Part shown: one piece after another, positions 29,333-40,466 of the stretch
Layout of the letters: each line of letters opens with the position of its first letter
How positions within the stretch are numbered: position 1 is the first letter of the stretch
Assembly (NCBI GenBank): GCA_963765765.1
Contig: CAVXYC010000010.1
Span: 160,001 to 224,000 of the forward strand
Source of the DNA: an uncultured Chloroflexia bacterium
GTDB taxonomy: Bacteria > Chloroflexota > UBA6077 > JACCZL01
DNA: 64,000 bases
Direction: 5' to 3'
Program-made: the position numbers and the translations under genes
Notes under the pieces: generated by a model
Databases searched by the model: none
Told to the model about the DNA's origin: nothing
The model's input: the letters and a program-made list of their open reading frames with translations, nothing else

Positions 29333-30868
29333 TTGGATTCCACTCTCCTATTGATTGTCGATGGCATCGTCATGATGATCGTCGGATTTGGCGCTGGCTA
29401 TTACGTTCGACAGAACATTGTCACGTCCAAAACCCGACTGGCGGAAGCCGAAGCGGAAAAGCTACTGGCTGAGGCGAATGCGCGCCAGAAAGACGTCCTG
29501 CTTCAGGCGAAGGACCAGGCGTTGGAGCTCCGTCAATCCGTTGAGTCCGAGTTGCGGGAACAACGAGGTGAGCTGCAGCAGCGAGAGCGCCGGCTTCAAC
29601 AGCGCGAGGAGCAGCTCGAGCACAAGCTCGAGCAGGTCGATCGGCGTAACAGCAGTCTTGCGGAGCGCGAACAAAAGATCGAAGTTCGCGGCGCGGAGAT
29701 CGATGAGCTTCGAGGCAAGCAAGTGCGAGAGCTCGAGCGGATTTCCGGATTGACCCGCGACGAAGCCAAGGACATGATCGTCAGTCGGGTCGAGCAGGAA
29801 GTTCGAGTCGACGCGAATCGGCGTGTCCGAGAGGTTGAGGCAGAGGCTCGCGAGGACGCCGAAACGCGTGCACGGAAGCTCGTTGCGCTCGCCGTACAAC
29901 GGTACGCCGCGGAGCACGTGGCCGAGACAACGCTTTCTGTTGTTCCGATTCCAAGTGAGGAGATGAAGGGTCGCATCATTGGTCGCGAAGGGCGCAACAT
30001 CCGTGCGCTTGAGGCGGCGACGGGTGTAGACCTGATCATCGACGATACCCCCGACGCCGTCACGCTGTCGGGGTTCGACCCTATTCGACGAGAGATCGCT
30101 CGATTAGCGCTCAACAAGCTGGTGGTGGATGGTCGTATCCATCCTGGACGGATTGAAGAGATCGTCGCCAAGTCGAAACAGGAAGTCGAGAACCAGATTC
30201 GTCAGGAAGGCGAGCAGGCCGCGTACGAGGCGGGGCTCAGCGGCATTCACCCTGAGGTCATCAAAGTGATGGGGCGAATGAGGTTCCGCACGAGCTACGG
30301 CCAGAATCAGCTTCAGCACTCCGTGGAGGCAGCGCATGTCGCCGCCATTATGGCTGCTGAGCTTGGTGCTGACGTGAACATCGCGCGCCGCGCCGCATTC
30401 TTGCATGACATCGGAAAGGTTCTTACTCACGAAGTGGAAGGACCACATCACATCATCGGGGCGGAGTACGCGAAGCGCTTCGGGGAGACCAACGCCGTCT
30501 GCGAGGCGATCGCCGGCCATCACGATCACGATCCCGATTATCAGACGATTGAGGCAATCGTCGTTCAAGCTGCTGATGCGGCGTCCGGCTCTCGACCCGG
30601 TGCGCGGCGTGAAAGCGTGGATCAGTACGTCAAGCGCCTTGAGGCGCTTGAGGCAGTTGCAAACTCCTTCGAGGGCGTCGAGCGCTCGTTTGCCATCCAG
30701 GCTGGACGCGAAGTCCGTATCATTGTCCGACCGGAGCAGGTCGATGACTTGCAGTCGGTTCGATTGGCACGCGACATCGTGAAGCGCATCGAGGAGACGC
30801 TTCAATACCCTGGCCAGGTGAAGGTGACCGTGGTCAGAGAGACGCGCGCTATCGAGTACGCGCGTTAG
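29333..30868 (+). CDS. rny: Ribonuclease Y
   Basis: N-terminal TM, coiled coil, KH domain (MKGRIIGREGRNI), HD domain (LHDIGK). Confidence 0.98.
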   Translation: MDSTLLLIVDGIVMMIVGFGAGYYVRQNIVTSKTRLAEAEAEKLLAEANARQKDVLLQAKDQALELRQSVESELREQRGELQQRERRLQQREEQLEHKLEQVDRRNSSLAEREQKIEVRGAEIDELRGKQVRELERISGLTRDEAKDMIVSRVEQEVRVDANRRVREVEAEAREDAETRARKLVALAVQRYAAEHVAETTLSVVPIPSEEMKGRIIGREGRNIRALEAATGVDLIIDDTPDAVTLSGFDPIRREIARLALNKLVVDGRIHPGRIEEIVAKSKQEVENQIRQEGEQAAYEAGLSGIHPEVIKVMGRMRFRTSYGQNQLQHSVEAAHVAAIMAAELGADVNIARRAAFLHDIGKVLTHEVEGPHHIIGAEYAKRFGETNAVCEAIAGHHDHDPDYQTIEAIVVQAADAASGSRPGARRESVDQYVKRLEALEAVANSFEGVERSFAIQAGREVRIIVRPEQVDDLQSVRLARDIVKRIEETLQYPGQVKVTVVRETRAIEYAR

Positions 30869-30911
30869 ATCAAAAACCTGGGTCAGGCAACGCCTGAGCG
30901 TAAGGATTGAC

Positions 30912-30957
30912 CAGCACAAAGGCGCGGTCACCGTCCAGTGACCGCGCCTTTGTGCTG
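30912..30957. terminator. Strong hairpin after rny
   Basis: cagcacaaaggcgcggtcac-loop-gtgaccgcgcctttgtgctg. Confidence 0.75.
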
Positions 30958-30986
30958 AAACTCGACAGAGAAGATTGAGAGTATTT

Positions 30987-31835
30987 ATGGGAACGATCGA
31001 CCTACATTCGCACACTGTTGTTTCGGACGGGCGCCTCACACCGCGAGAGCTCGTGCAGCTCGCTGCAAAGAACGGAGTCCGCCACCTCTCGGTGACGGAC
31101 CACGATACGACCGACGGCCTTCATGACGCATTTGACGAGGCCAGCAAGCTCGGCGTGGACATCATTCCCGGAATTGAGGTGAGCTGCGATATTCCGGGCA
31201 CGGAGGTGCATCTCCTGGGCTTCTACCTGGACTATGCGAATCCTGAATTCCAGACTAAGATCGGACAGTTCCGAGAAGGCCGTGTGGGACGAGCTCAGGA
31301 GATGGTCAGAAAGCTCGGGGAGCTGGGCGCTCCAATCTCCTGGGCCCGTGTGAAGGAGATTGCCGGCGACGGCTCAGTCGGTCGGCCTCACGTTGCACAG
31401 GCTCTTCTGGAGGCGGGACATATTCAAACAATTCCAGAGGCGTTCGACCGTTGGATTGGTCGTAACGGCCCCGCCTATGCTGAGCGAGAGAAACTGAGCC
31501 TGGAAGACGCAATCGCCCTGATCCATAGCGTCGGTGGAATCGCCTCGATCGCGCATCCATATGAGTCCGAGGGTTTAATGAACCTGCTTCCAGGACTCGT
31601 CAGCAACGGACTGGATGCGATCGAGTGCTACTACACGGGTTACGGTACTGATCGTCGTGCACCGCTGCTGGAGTTCATCCGTGCCAACGGCCTCATTTGC
31701 TCAGGCGGAAGTGACTATCATGGCTTCCCCATGGCTGGACTCACCGAAGTCACCAATGTCCCTGGGTCAGTTGACGTTCCTGAGTCTGTCATCGATGCAA
31801 TGCAGGATCGGATCGCGCACCGGCGCGAGGTCTAG
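30987..31835 (+). CDS. PHP domain phosphoesterase (YciV/TrpH-like)
   Basis: DLHSHT..SDG, TDHDT, GRPHVA, GGSDYHG. Confidence 0.92.
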   Translation: MGTIDLHSHTVVSDGRLTPRELVQLAAKNGVRHLSVTDHDTTDGLHDAFDEASKLGVDIIPGIEVSCDIPGTEVHLLGFYLDYANPEFQTKIGQFREGRVGRAQEMVRKLGELGAPISWARVKEIAGDGSVGRPHVAQALLEAGHIQTIPEAFDRWIGRNGPAYAEREKLSLEDAIALIHSVGGIASIAHPYESEGLMNLLPGLVSNGLDAIECYYTGYGTDRRAPLLEFIRANGLICSGGSDYHGFPMAGLTEVTNVPGSVDVPESVIDAMQDRIAHRREV

Positions 31836-31909
31836 CGCAGCAACGCCCCTCTCCGTGGGTGACAATTGCCGAGCGCTCTAATGAAAACCTCAGCCACGCT
31901 GATCTCACC

Positions 31910-33001
31910 CTAAGACGCGACCTCATCTGACGCGCCCGTCCGACGCCGAGCGCGCAGGCTTAGCAGCGTCACGCTTCCAAGGACGATGGCCATCACGGCC
32001 ACGATGCCGAAGATCAGGAGCGCCTTCTCCGGGCTCGGCCCCTCGGCGGGTGAATGAAGCGTCAGCGACAAAAGTCCGAAGGCGCCACTAATGAGATAGA
32101 GCACCAAGACGGTGTGGAGTTGGCTGAGACCCAGTCCGTGAATTCGTTGGGGAAGGTGCTCCATGTCGCCGCCCTGAAAAGGTGAGCGGCCGCGAAGAAC
32201 GCGGCGGCCAATAACCCAGGCGGTGTCCAGGATGGGCACCGCCAGGACGACGAACGCGGTGCCAACCTTTGCGCCGCCTATCACGCTCATAGTGGCGAGC
32301 CAGTAACCCAGGAGCATTGACCCGCACGTGCCCATGAACACCTTTGCGGGATGAAAATTGTGGGGCAGAAAGCCCACCGCCGTTGCCGCCAGGATGAGTG
32401 GTAGTACCGCGATTGAGACTTGGTCGAACCACAGTGACCGGGTGAACAGGACGATTGCCGCCATGGCAGTGATGCCTCCGGCAAGTCCATCCATGACATC
32501 TACGAGATTCATGGCGTTGATCATCCCCACGATCCATAGCACCGTCAGCGGAGCGTCGAGCCAGGCGGGCAACTCGATCGCGGGTCCGAATGGCGAAGCC
32601 AGACTTCCAAAACGCAGACCGAATAAAACCGGGAGCGTGGCGATTACGATTTGAGTCAGGAGCTGTGGCATCGGGGCGAGCCGCCGACTGTCGTCCAAAA
32701 TCGCCAGCGGAACGATTAGCAGGGTTCCCAGGAGTATCCCGGTGAGCTTCAAGGTGTCTTGTTCGCTCAACGTCACGTCAGCGGGACGGAGGAGCATGCT
32801 GAAAATGACCCCAACCCACACCGCGGCAAGCATGGCGTAGCCGCCAGTGCGGGGCGTGACGACGCGCTGCACTTCTCCTGCTCGAGGCGTGTCCACAAAG
32901 CCGAATTTGTGTCCGAGTCGGATCGCATAGGCAACCAGCCCGAAACTTATCAGGGCTGTAACAAGCGCGGTAAGGGCCAGCCAGAGACTTGTGGAAAGCA
33001 C
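31910..33001 (-). CDS. WecA/TagO-like (MraY family) polyprenyl-phosphate GlcNAc-1-P transferase
   Basis: NAMNLVDVMDGLA, FHPAKVFMG, multiple TM segments. Confidence 0.88.
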   Translation of the reverse strand: MLSTSLWLALTALVTALISFGLVAYAIRLGHKFGFVDTPRAGEVQRVVTPRTGGYAMLAAVWVGVIFSMLLRPADVTLSEQDTLKLTGILLGTLLIVPLAILDDSRRLAPMPQLLTQIVIATLPVLFGLRFGSLASPFGPAIELPAWLDAPLTVLWIVGMINAMNLVDVMDGLAGGITAMAAIVLFTRSLWFDQVSIAVLPLILAATAVGFLPHNFHPAKVFMGTCGSMLLGYWLATMSVIGGAKVGTAFVVLAVPILDTAWVIGRRVLRGRSPFQGGDMEHLPQRIHGLGLSQLHTVLVLYLISGAFGLLSLTLHSPAEGPSPEKALLIFGIVAVMAIVLGSVTLLSLRARRRTGASDEVAS

Positions 33002-33003
33002 GA

Positions 33004-34054
33004 TTATTGGAGCAGTCGTGCCAGGTCCATGACCAGATTTGTCAGGGCATCAGGCGCCAGATCCAACTGATCCTGGAATGAAGGAATAGTCATATTGAGC
33101 TGTGCGTCGCGGCCGCAGTGTGCCACACACGCAATGCCCGCGATCTCAGCCGAGGCAAACGACTCGTTGGCGCTCAGGAGCTCCTCACGTAGCCGCTCGC
33201 CAGGGCGCATACCGGTGAACCGCACACTCGGGTTTCGCTGAAATCCGAGGAGACTGCTAAGCCGACCGGCCATGTCCAACACGGAGATTTCGCTGAGATC
33301 ACTCAGCATCAGAATGTCGGCTGGCCTTGCGCGCGTGGCCGCGACGAGTAGTAACCAGACTGCCTCGTCCATCGTCATCCAGTACCGCGTCATCTCGGCA
33401 TTCGTCACGGAAAGTGTCTCGCCGGCGTTGAGCTGCCGGCTGAAATGTCTCGATGACGCTCCCTCTCGTACCCATCACATTGACATAACGCACTATTGAA
33501 TACGGGAGGTCGTGTGACAGGGCGGTCTGTTCCGTCGCGATTTCGCTGACTCGCTTGGTTGCTCCATACAGGCTTGGCGGATTCACAGCCTTGTCACTGG
33601 AGGGATAGACGAAACGCGATACCCCTAAATCCACGCTCAGTTCCAGGAGCTGTCGGGTGGCAACGATGTTGACCGAGACGGTTTCCTCGGGGAACATCTG
33701 ACCGAATGGGACGTGTTTATACGCGGCCAGGTGAAAGACGTGCGTTGGCCGATCACGCTCAAACACACGCCTAGTCTTTGCCCCGTCACGCACGTCCGCG
33801 AGGACGTAGGACGGCTGGCACGGAGCATCTTCCAGAGATCGTACGAGGTCGTATAGCGAGTGCTCATGATGGTCTAGAAGGATGAGCGTCTCTGCCGTCT
33901 CCGCCAGGGCTCGACTCAGGTTTGAGCCTATGGACCCGCCGGCCCCGGTGATGAGCACACGTGCGCCTCGCAGCTCTTCGGCTGAGGCGGCCACGGCGCC
34001 TTTCCGATCAGTTCTTCCAATCAGCGCCGCGGCGTCCAGCGTCGCTGGCGTCAA
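33004..34054 (-). CDS. CapD-like polysaccharide biosynthesis dehydratase (frameshift near 33430)
   Basis: ITGAGGSIG, HLAAYKHVP, SDKAVNP..YGATKR, MTRYWMT, GMRPGERLREEL. Confidence 0.88.
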
Positions 34055-34998
34055 ACGGGCCGTCTCCGCACCGATCCGTTCAATCGCTCCTGCGCCAGGC
34101 GCATAAAAGCGGCTCGCTCAGGATCAGGCTCCAGCGTCTCCGTGACGAAATATGTGACCTGACCAGACGCGGATGGAATCTCGGCATCGAAGTCCACGTC
34201 GCCTTCGTCGAACGGTGCGCCTTCCCCGAGCAGCCCGGTTGCGTTCGACACATGGCACGCCAGCAGCGCGTCGCCGAGAATCTCGCGGTAAACGGTGACG
34301 TTCGTCGGAGAAGGTGTTCTCCGAAGCATCGCCGCGAGCTGAGGGAATTCTTCAAGCCCGGCGCCGTTCACGGCCATGGAAGAGGCGTTGATATAAAGCT
34401 GCGCATGTGAATAGTCAAGGCAGACGCCGACGTCTGGTGCGTTCCCACGCATCCACAGGAGATCTTCCGGGGCTAGCCCGATTGGGGAGATGAAGAACCC
34501 GCCTTGCCGCATTCGGAGCACTGGCGGCATGTTTTCGATGGTTGGTCGAATGCCGCGGGCCACGCATTGTGACGCGAAAAGCTGAAGCATTGGGACCGAG
34601 AGCTCGAGCGCTCGGGCCCGTTCGGCGTCGGAGCAATCGAAATCCATGGGGCGTGGTGCGATGGCGTGAATGTTGATCGTACTCGCGCCGATCTTCGCGG
34701 ACACCTCAGCAAGTAAATGGATGAGCTCCCGGTCCGCCTCGGAGTCACGGGTCACGTCAAAGAACTCGCCGTCCAATGAGCGTACCGGGCCCTCAACAAG
34801 CCAGATGAAGTCCTCATCTAGATTCAGATCGCGGACATTCTGGAGCGTGCGCTCCACGGCGGAAGCATCCTGGATGTCCAGAAGATCCAGATACAGCTCC
34901 ATCCCGGGTGGCGTGGGCGCAGCCAGTCTATCGGTGAGCTGTCCGGGAACCGGGCGGGCCTTAAGCAGTACGTAGGGCGGACTGCCGAGTCCAGTCAC
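34051..34998 (-). CDS. TIM-barrel sugar phosphate isomerase/epimerase-like protein
   Basis: IENMPP, VCLDYSHA, CHVSN, ETLE acidic/His metal-ligand pattern. Confidence 0.65.
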   Translation of the reverse strand: MTGLGSPPYVLLKARPVPGQLTDRLAAPTPPGMELYLDLLDIQDASAVERTLQNVRDLNLDEDFIWLVEGPVRSLDGEFFDVTRDSEADRELIHLLAEVSAKIGASTINIHAIAPRPMDFDCSDAERARALELSVPMLQLFASQCVARGIRPTIENMPPVLRMRQGGFFISPIGLAPEDLLWMRGNAPDVGVCLDYSHAQLYINASSMAVNGAGLEEFPQLAAMLRRTPSPTNVTVYREILGDALLACHVSNATGLLGEGAPFDEGDVDFDAEIPSASGQVTYFVTETLEPDPERAAFMRLAQERLNGSVRRRPV

Positions 34999-35857
34999 AG
35001 TAATCCTGTAGTCCTTCCAGAAGAGCTATCCGAGCTTCGTACCCTAGCTCGGCCCGAGCGGCTTCTACGCTCGGTACCAGGTGTAGCGTCGTACGTTGAA
35101 TGTGAGACTCGTCAATTGAGCTGCTCGAGTGCAGTAGCGTCCGAATTGTGCTGGCCAGTCGACCGAAACTGGTTCCCACTCCTGTCCCGATGTTGAAAAG
35201 CGCGTGCCCTTCAGATCTGTAGGTCAGCGCGGCGAGAAATCCACGCACGACATCCGCCACATGGGTGAAGTCACGCCGCTGATTGCTCATCACAACGATC
35301 GGCTCGCCACGCGCGGCGCGATCATGAAAAATGCTTACGACGCCACTGTTGCCCTGTCCTGTTTGTCCAGGACCGTACACGGAAAATAGACGCAGCACGC
35401 GCGAGCGGATCCCGTAGACTCGCCCATACATCTCGCACCAGCGTTCGGCCATCAGCTTGCTGGTGCCGTAGACGTTCTGAGGATGTGGTGTGCTCCTCTC
35501 CGTGAGCATTGACGTACTGGGCCGAAAGACGTGCTGCGACGAGGCGAATACCACCGCGGCCTTGCTCAAACGGGCAGCCTCCAGAATCCGGAGCGTCCCC
35601 ACCGCGTTCACGAGATTATAGCCAAGGGGGTCATTTCGGGAGGCGCCAACGTCGCCAATCCCGGCCAGGTGAATGACCGCCGAGACGCCATCCATCCATG
35701 GGAGAATCGGGTCCTTGACAATGTCGACGGACGCATGGTCCGGGAACCCGGGCAGCGCCGCTCCACGATGCATGGTTCGCACTTCACATTCTTCCGCCAG
35801 TGCCGTCGTGGTGTGGCGACCGATAAAGCCTGACGCTCCGGTGATCAGGACGCGCAT
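34961..35857 (-). CDS. NAD-dependent epimerase/dehydratase
   Basis: ITGASGFIG, YGTSK, VYGPGQ, RDFTHVAD. Confidence 0.9.
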   Translation of the reverse strand: MRVLITGASGFIGRHTTTALAEECEVRTMHRGAALPGFPDHASVDIVKDPILPWMDGVSAVIHLAGIGDVGASRNDPLGYNLVNAVGTLRILEAARLSKAAVVFASSQHVFRPSTSMLTERSTPHPQNVYGTSKLMAERWCEMYGRVYGIRSRVLRLFSVYGPGQTGQGNSGVVSIFHDRAARGEPIVVMSNQRRDFTHVADVVRGFLAALTYRSEGHALFNIGTGVGTSFGRLASTIRTLLHSSSSIDESHIQRTTLHLVPSVEAARAELGYEARIALLEGLQDYCDWTRQSALRTA

Positions 35858-36816
35858 CAGCGATCAGCCCAGGCGCCTGACTGGGCATAGTCAATGACCT
35901 CTCCAACACGATCGCGCAGCCGCTCGTTTGGCGTCCAGCCCACAGTCTGAAGACGACTAGAGACAGTGAACGGTGCTGTTGGATCCCCAAGCCGCGACTC
36001 CGGCTCGATGTGCACGTTGAGTCCCCGATCACTGGCGGCGTCGCGAACCGCTAACGCCACCTGTGCCACGGATAGGGCCTCACTGACAGCGTTTGCGTCA
36101 GCGTAGCGCGACTGAAGCTCGCAGGCGGCAAGAAGCGCTGACACCGCGTCCTTGATATGGAGGAATCCCACGGCGGCCCTGGCCGTCGGGTTCACACGTA
36201 GTGGTTGACCTTGGGCGGCGCGCCTCGCGAAGAGATTTGGGACTGTGATGAAGAGCGGATCGGACTTCATGACTGGACCGAGTCCATAGACGATGCCCAG
36301 CCGGATCGAAACTCCCGAGATATCGCTCGAGCTGGTGTACATCTCCAGCAGCTTCTCAACGTAGATCTTGCTCAAGTGCGAAAGATCGGAGAACGAACCG
36401 AGCGGATGAGTCTCGTCAACGCATCCTATCAGCGGAGCTCCATAGACGTGGAAGGAGCTACCAAACACCACTCGAGCTGCTCCCGAGCCGCTGGCGCGGT
36501 CAAGGAGCATTCTCGCCCCGATGAGATTCGTTTCCTCCGTGTAGCGCGCTGGCGCGGCCTTCGGACTAGAGCTCGGCTGCGCAGCCAACAAGTGAATCGC
36601 CTGAAATGGACCGTCCGCGAAGGTCGCGTCGAGCGCCTTCTCGGAAGAAACGCTGCCACGGACAAGGCGGAAATTGGAATGCTTCCGCAGAGCGGCAAGC
36701 GCGTCTGGTCGAGTACAGAAGTAATTTTCGAGACCGACTACTGATTCCCCGCGAGCGAGGTACTCAAGGGCAAGTGGTGCGCCGATATAGCCGACGCCGG
36801 CAATCAGAATCGTCAC
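35857..36816 (-). CDS. NAD-dependent epimerase/dehydratase (atypical catalytic motif)
   Basis: IAGVGYIG, SSFHVYG, SHLSK in place of YxxxK. Confidence 0.82.
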   Translation of the reverse strand: MTILIAGVGYIGAPLALEYLARGESVVGLENYFCTRPDALAALRKHSNFRLVRGSVSSEKALDATFADGPFQAIHLLAAQPSSSPKAAPARYTEETNLIGARMLLDRASGSGAARVVFGSSFHVYGAPLIGCVDETHPLGSFSDLSHLSKIYVEKLLEMYTSSSDISGVSIRLGIVYGLGPVMKSDPLFITVPNLFARRAAQGQPLRVNPTARAAVGFLHIKDAVSALLAACELQSRYADANAVSEALSVAQVALAVRDAASDRGLNVHIEPESRLGDPTAPFTVSSRLQTVGWTPNERLRDRVGEVIDYAQSGAWADR

Positions 36817-36859
36817 AGGAGAGTGTGTAGCGGGCTCGGGCGGCCGCCGTGCGATGATA

Positions 36860-37300
36860 CCAGCCCTTCCCGGCGGCGCTCACCACATCCGCCGCCGTGA
36901 AGTGTTTCAGGATCACCCCGGGTCGAGGCCGCAGGTCCGACGGTGTCCACCTGCACCAGATCGCCAGGCGCCTGCACCACGTAGTCGGTCGGCTTGCGGA
37001 GCCCGTAGGGCCGCGTCCAGCAGAGTGGGGCGGTGCGCACACGGCGCGGCGGCTCGAACAGCTGCCCGCTGGCGCGCAGGCGGCGGAGGATCCGTCCCAC
37101 CATCGACACCGACAACTCCACGGGCGTCTCCGCGCGTGCCAGGCAGCACTGCAGCTTGGCCTTGCCCCAGCGCGGGTACTGCTCGCGAAGATCCGCACCA
37201 CGCGCGCCTGGTCGGCCGTCCAGTTCGGTTGTCGCCGCGCGTGGGGGACACAGGAGCGATCTTCGAGCGTCTGAGGCCGCCCCGGCACGTACCGCCGCTG
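36860..37300 (-). mobile_element. IS481-family transposase internal remnant (boundaries approximate)
   Basis: LREQYPRWGKAKL..VSMVGRIL..PGDLVQVDT / KHFTAADVVS (HTH plus start of rve domain). Confidence 0.75.
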
Positions 37301-37416
37301 CCAGCGGTAGAACGTTGGTCGACTGATGCCGAAATGGCGACAGCGTCCGACTGACGTTCTGGCCGTGGGTGCGATGCCAATCGAACAAATTGCCAGCGCT
37401 ATAATCCGCCACCGCC

Positions 37417-38169
37417 ATGATCTCCCGACATGTCCTCGGCGTCCGCGTCCATGACGTCACCTACGATGAAGCGATCGAGCATATTGACCGTTTTATCCAT
37501 GAACGCGGAAGCCATCTCGTGACGACACCGAATCCCGAGTTTGTCATGATGGCACGCTCCGACCCTCGTTCAGGACCCTTCTTGATCAAGCCGCGCTGGC
37601 AATTCCAGACGGGATAGGGCTCCTTTGGGCCGCCCGATTCGCGGGACTGCCATTTCGAGAGCACGTGCGGGGGACGGACCTGATATGGCGGCTGGCGACC
37701 CATTCAGCACGCGTCGGACACCGATGGTTCCTTCTGGGCGCTGAGCCCGGAAGTAGCCGAGCTGGCGGCCGCAGCGTTACTACGCCGAGAGCCAGGGCTG
37801 GAGATCGTCGGCACCTACGCCGGGATTTCGGGACCGTCCGGCGATCTAGACGCGCGCGCCGCGATCGCCGCTTCTGGCGGGGCTGACGTCGTGCTCGTGG
37901 CGTATGGCGCCCCAGCACAGGAGCAGTGGATAGAACGGAATCTCGAGCCGGCCGGGATACCCGTGGGGGTTGGCGTCGGGGGTGTCTTCAACTATCTGGC
38001 TGGCGTGGCTCCTCGGGCACCGTACTGGATGCGGCGATTGGAGCTGGAATGGCTCCATAGGCTCATCACCCAACCATGGCGATGGCGGCGCCAGCTTGCT
38101 CTCCCACGATTCGTGGCGACGGTCGTTTTTTTGCGTTTCTGGCCCGGTGCGGACCGACCAGTAACCTAG
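37417..38169 (+). CDS. WecB/TagA/CpsF glycosyltransferase (several frameshifts)
   Basis: VLGVRVH, VTTPNPEFV, PDGIG, GTDL, VAYGAPAQEQWI, RAP.WM..LEWLHRL..QPWR. Confidence 0.88.
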
Positions 38170-39403
38170 CAGTCCCCCACTCGACATGCTACGTACAGCG
38201 TCCATTGGCCTCGACCCAGCCACGATGTGCGGTCGGGTCGAGCGATACTCGCCCACATTCAAATTCGCGCTGCCAGATGCTTCCGGCGCGATACCGGCCA
38301 GCCTCTGGCTGTCCCAGCGACGCCAGATAGTCGTCATAGAGCCAGGCCTGCTCAGACGTCGCGTCGTCCGTATATTGGAATAGGCGCGCTGGTTGGCAAC
38401 GAGTAGGAAGGAGGCGAGAGCGTAACGTAGGCGCTCCACGTCTCCTCGCTCTCCTTGAGCAACCGCGATAAAGGCCTTCCCCTCGCGCGCCGCTTCCTCC
38501 GCCTGCTGCAGTTGCAGCTCCCAATGCTCCTGTGTGGGAAGCGTGCCGCGCCAGAGTCCCACGAAATACTCGTTCATCACCGCGTCGAGCAGCGGTGTGA
38601 ACATCTGGCCGTCAAGCGGACGAAAGTAGGCGCCGGCCACATTGCCCCAGATTGGCGTGTCACCTAGACGTCCTCTGAGCCTGCTTAGCCCGCCGTGCGC
38701 AGCTGCGCGGTATTCGGTGTCTGAGCCGAACTCTAGAATTTACCCGTCGCTGTTCTCGGAGCGTGACATACCACGCTCAATCCAGCGATCGAGATTATCG
38801 ATAAATAGTCCCGTATAGCCCATCTGTTGCGCGTTCGCTGAGGCGTGACCGATGAAGTACTCAATCCAGCGCACAGACGCCAGATTCCAGGTAGTAGCAT
38901 CGCGTCTTGAGGCCAGTTTTCTCCTGCCAGGAGAGCGTCGAATAGAGTCGCTCGCCGGCGCCGTTGTGGAGAAACAGCCTTTCATGTGGGTGGAGCTCGT
39001 TACAAAAGTCTCGAGCGATTCCGCTCCACCTTTCCCTGAAGAGACATAGTCGCCACAGGGATCAGCGGCGTTGCGCAATCCGCCCGGGCCCGACGCTTCA
39101 TTCGCCACGATGTACTGAAGAATCGGACCTATGAATCCGGCATCGCCAAGCTGGTCGCGATAGCGCTCGTCACGGCGCGTAAAGATGGCAGAGGCGAATC
39201 GCTCCGCCACCATAGTGACTGACGTTGAATCTTTGGTTGATGGTAGAAGAGCGTTAAGAGGGACAGCGGACCCGGAATCGTGTCCCCGGCTCTGGGAGCC
39301 CGCGGTCAAGGACGTGGCAGTGATGCCACCAGCCGAGCGACACGAGCCGGAAGCACACGCAGCGCGGACACCACACGAGCCGGAACACACGCACGTTGAT
39401 CAT
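38166..39403 (-). CDS. Putative glycoside hydrolase-like (GHL15-type TIM barrel) exported protein, frameshifted
   Basis: GLFIDN, VMNEYF, YALASFLL, LGQP..WQREFECGRVSLDP, spread over ORFs 38740-39390, 37846-38640 and 38189-38524. Confidence 0.55.
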
Positions 39404-39481
39404 CCCGCGGGTGACAATGGATCCGGATACATTCGGAGAGTGCCACATGGACCCAATCCAGACGTCTTTATGAAGGTTCGG

Positions 39482-40466
39482 TCAGCGTGTGGACTGGCTC
39501 TGGTATGCGAGATCAGCATCAACCATCTCGCACACCAGGTCCTTGAAACGTTATGTCGTAGTGCCAGTCGAGCTTCGCTCGCGCCTTGGTGCAATCTCCA
39601 AGCAGCAGGCTGACTTCCGCGGGGCGATAGAGCTGCTGATCGATGACGACGTGATCGTGGTAGTCGAGGCCTACATGACCAAACGCTATCTCGAGGAATT
39701 CCCGCACCGTGTGCGTCTCTCCAGTGGAGATCACGTAGTCATCGGGGGAGTCCTGCTGAAGCATGAGCCACATGGCCCGCACATAGTTACGGGCGTGTCC
39801 CCAGTCCCGCCGAGCATCCAGATTGCCGAGCCGAAGGTCGTTGATCTTCCCCAGCTTGATGCGAGCGACGTGGGACGTGATCTTTCGAGTCACAAACTCA
39901 AATCCGCGCCGCGGACTCTCATGATTGAAGAGGATGCCGCTGGACGCGTGCAGGTCGTACGCCTCGCGATAGTTTCGCGTGAGATCGAACCCAGCGACCT
40001 TCGAGATACCGTAGGCCGAGCGAGGGTGAAATGGCGTTGACTCACTCTGGGGGCTGATGCCCGATTCCCCGAACATCTCGCTAGACCCTGCGAAGTAGTA
40101 GCGAGTGTGAGGGGCTGCTTCACGACAGGCCGAGAGCAGGTAGTGAGTGCCGTTGATATTGGTGTTGAGCGTTGAAAATTCGTCTTCAAACGAATAGCTG
40201 ACGAAGCTCTGCGCCGCCAGGTGATACACCTCGTCTGGCTGGACCTCGGCCATCACTCGGAACACGCTCGGGTAGCTCTCCAGGGACGCCGAGTGGAGGT
40301 TCAGCTTGTCCTGGATGTGATTGATGCGCCAGAGACGATGCTCCGGATCTTCAATGGCCACTCTGCGCACCATTCCGTGCACTTCATAGCCCTTCTCGAG
40401 AAGGAGCTCCGCGAGATAGGATCCATCTTGCCCGGTGATTCCGGTGATGAGAGCTTTCTTCGGCAT
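39482..40466 (-). CDS. gmd: GDP-mannose 4,6-dehydratase (frameshift near the 3' end)
   Basis: ALITGITGQDGSYLAE, LFNHESPRRG..FVTRKIT, RDWGHA. Confidence 0.96.

Noticed and set aside
8182-31039. Long antisense ORFs opposite sufB, korA, purF and rny
   Set aside because: These are shadow ORFs expected from high-GC codon bias, with no recognisable motifs.
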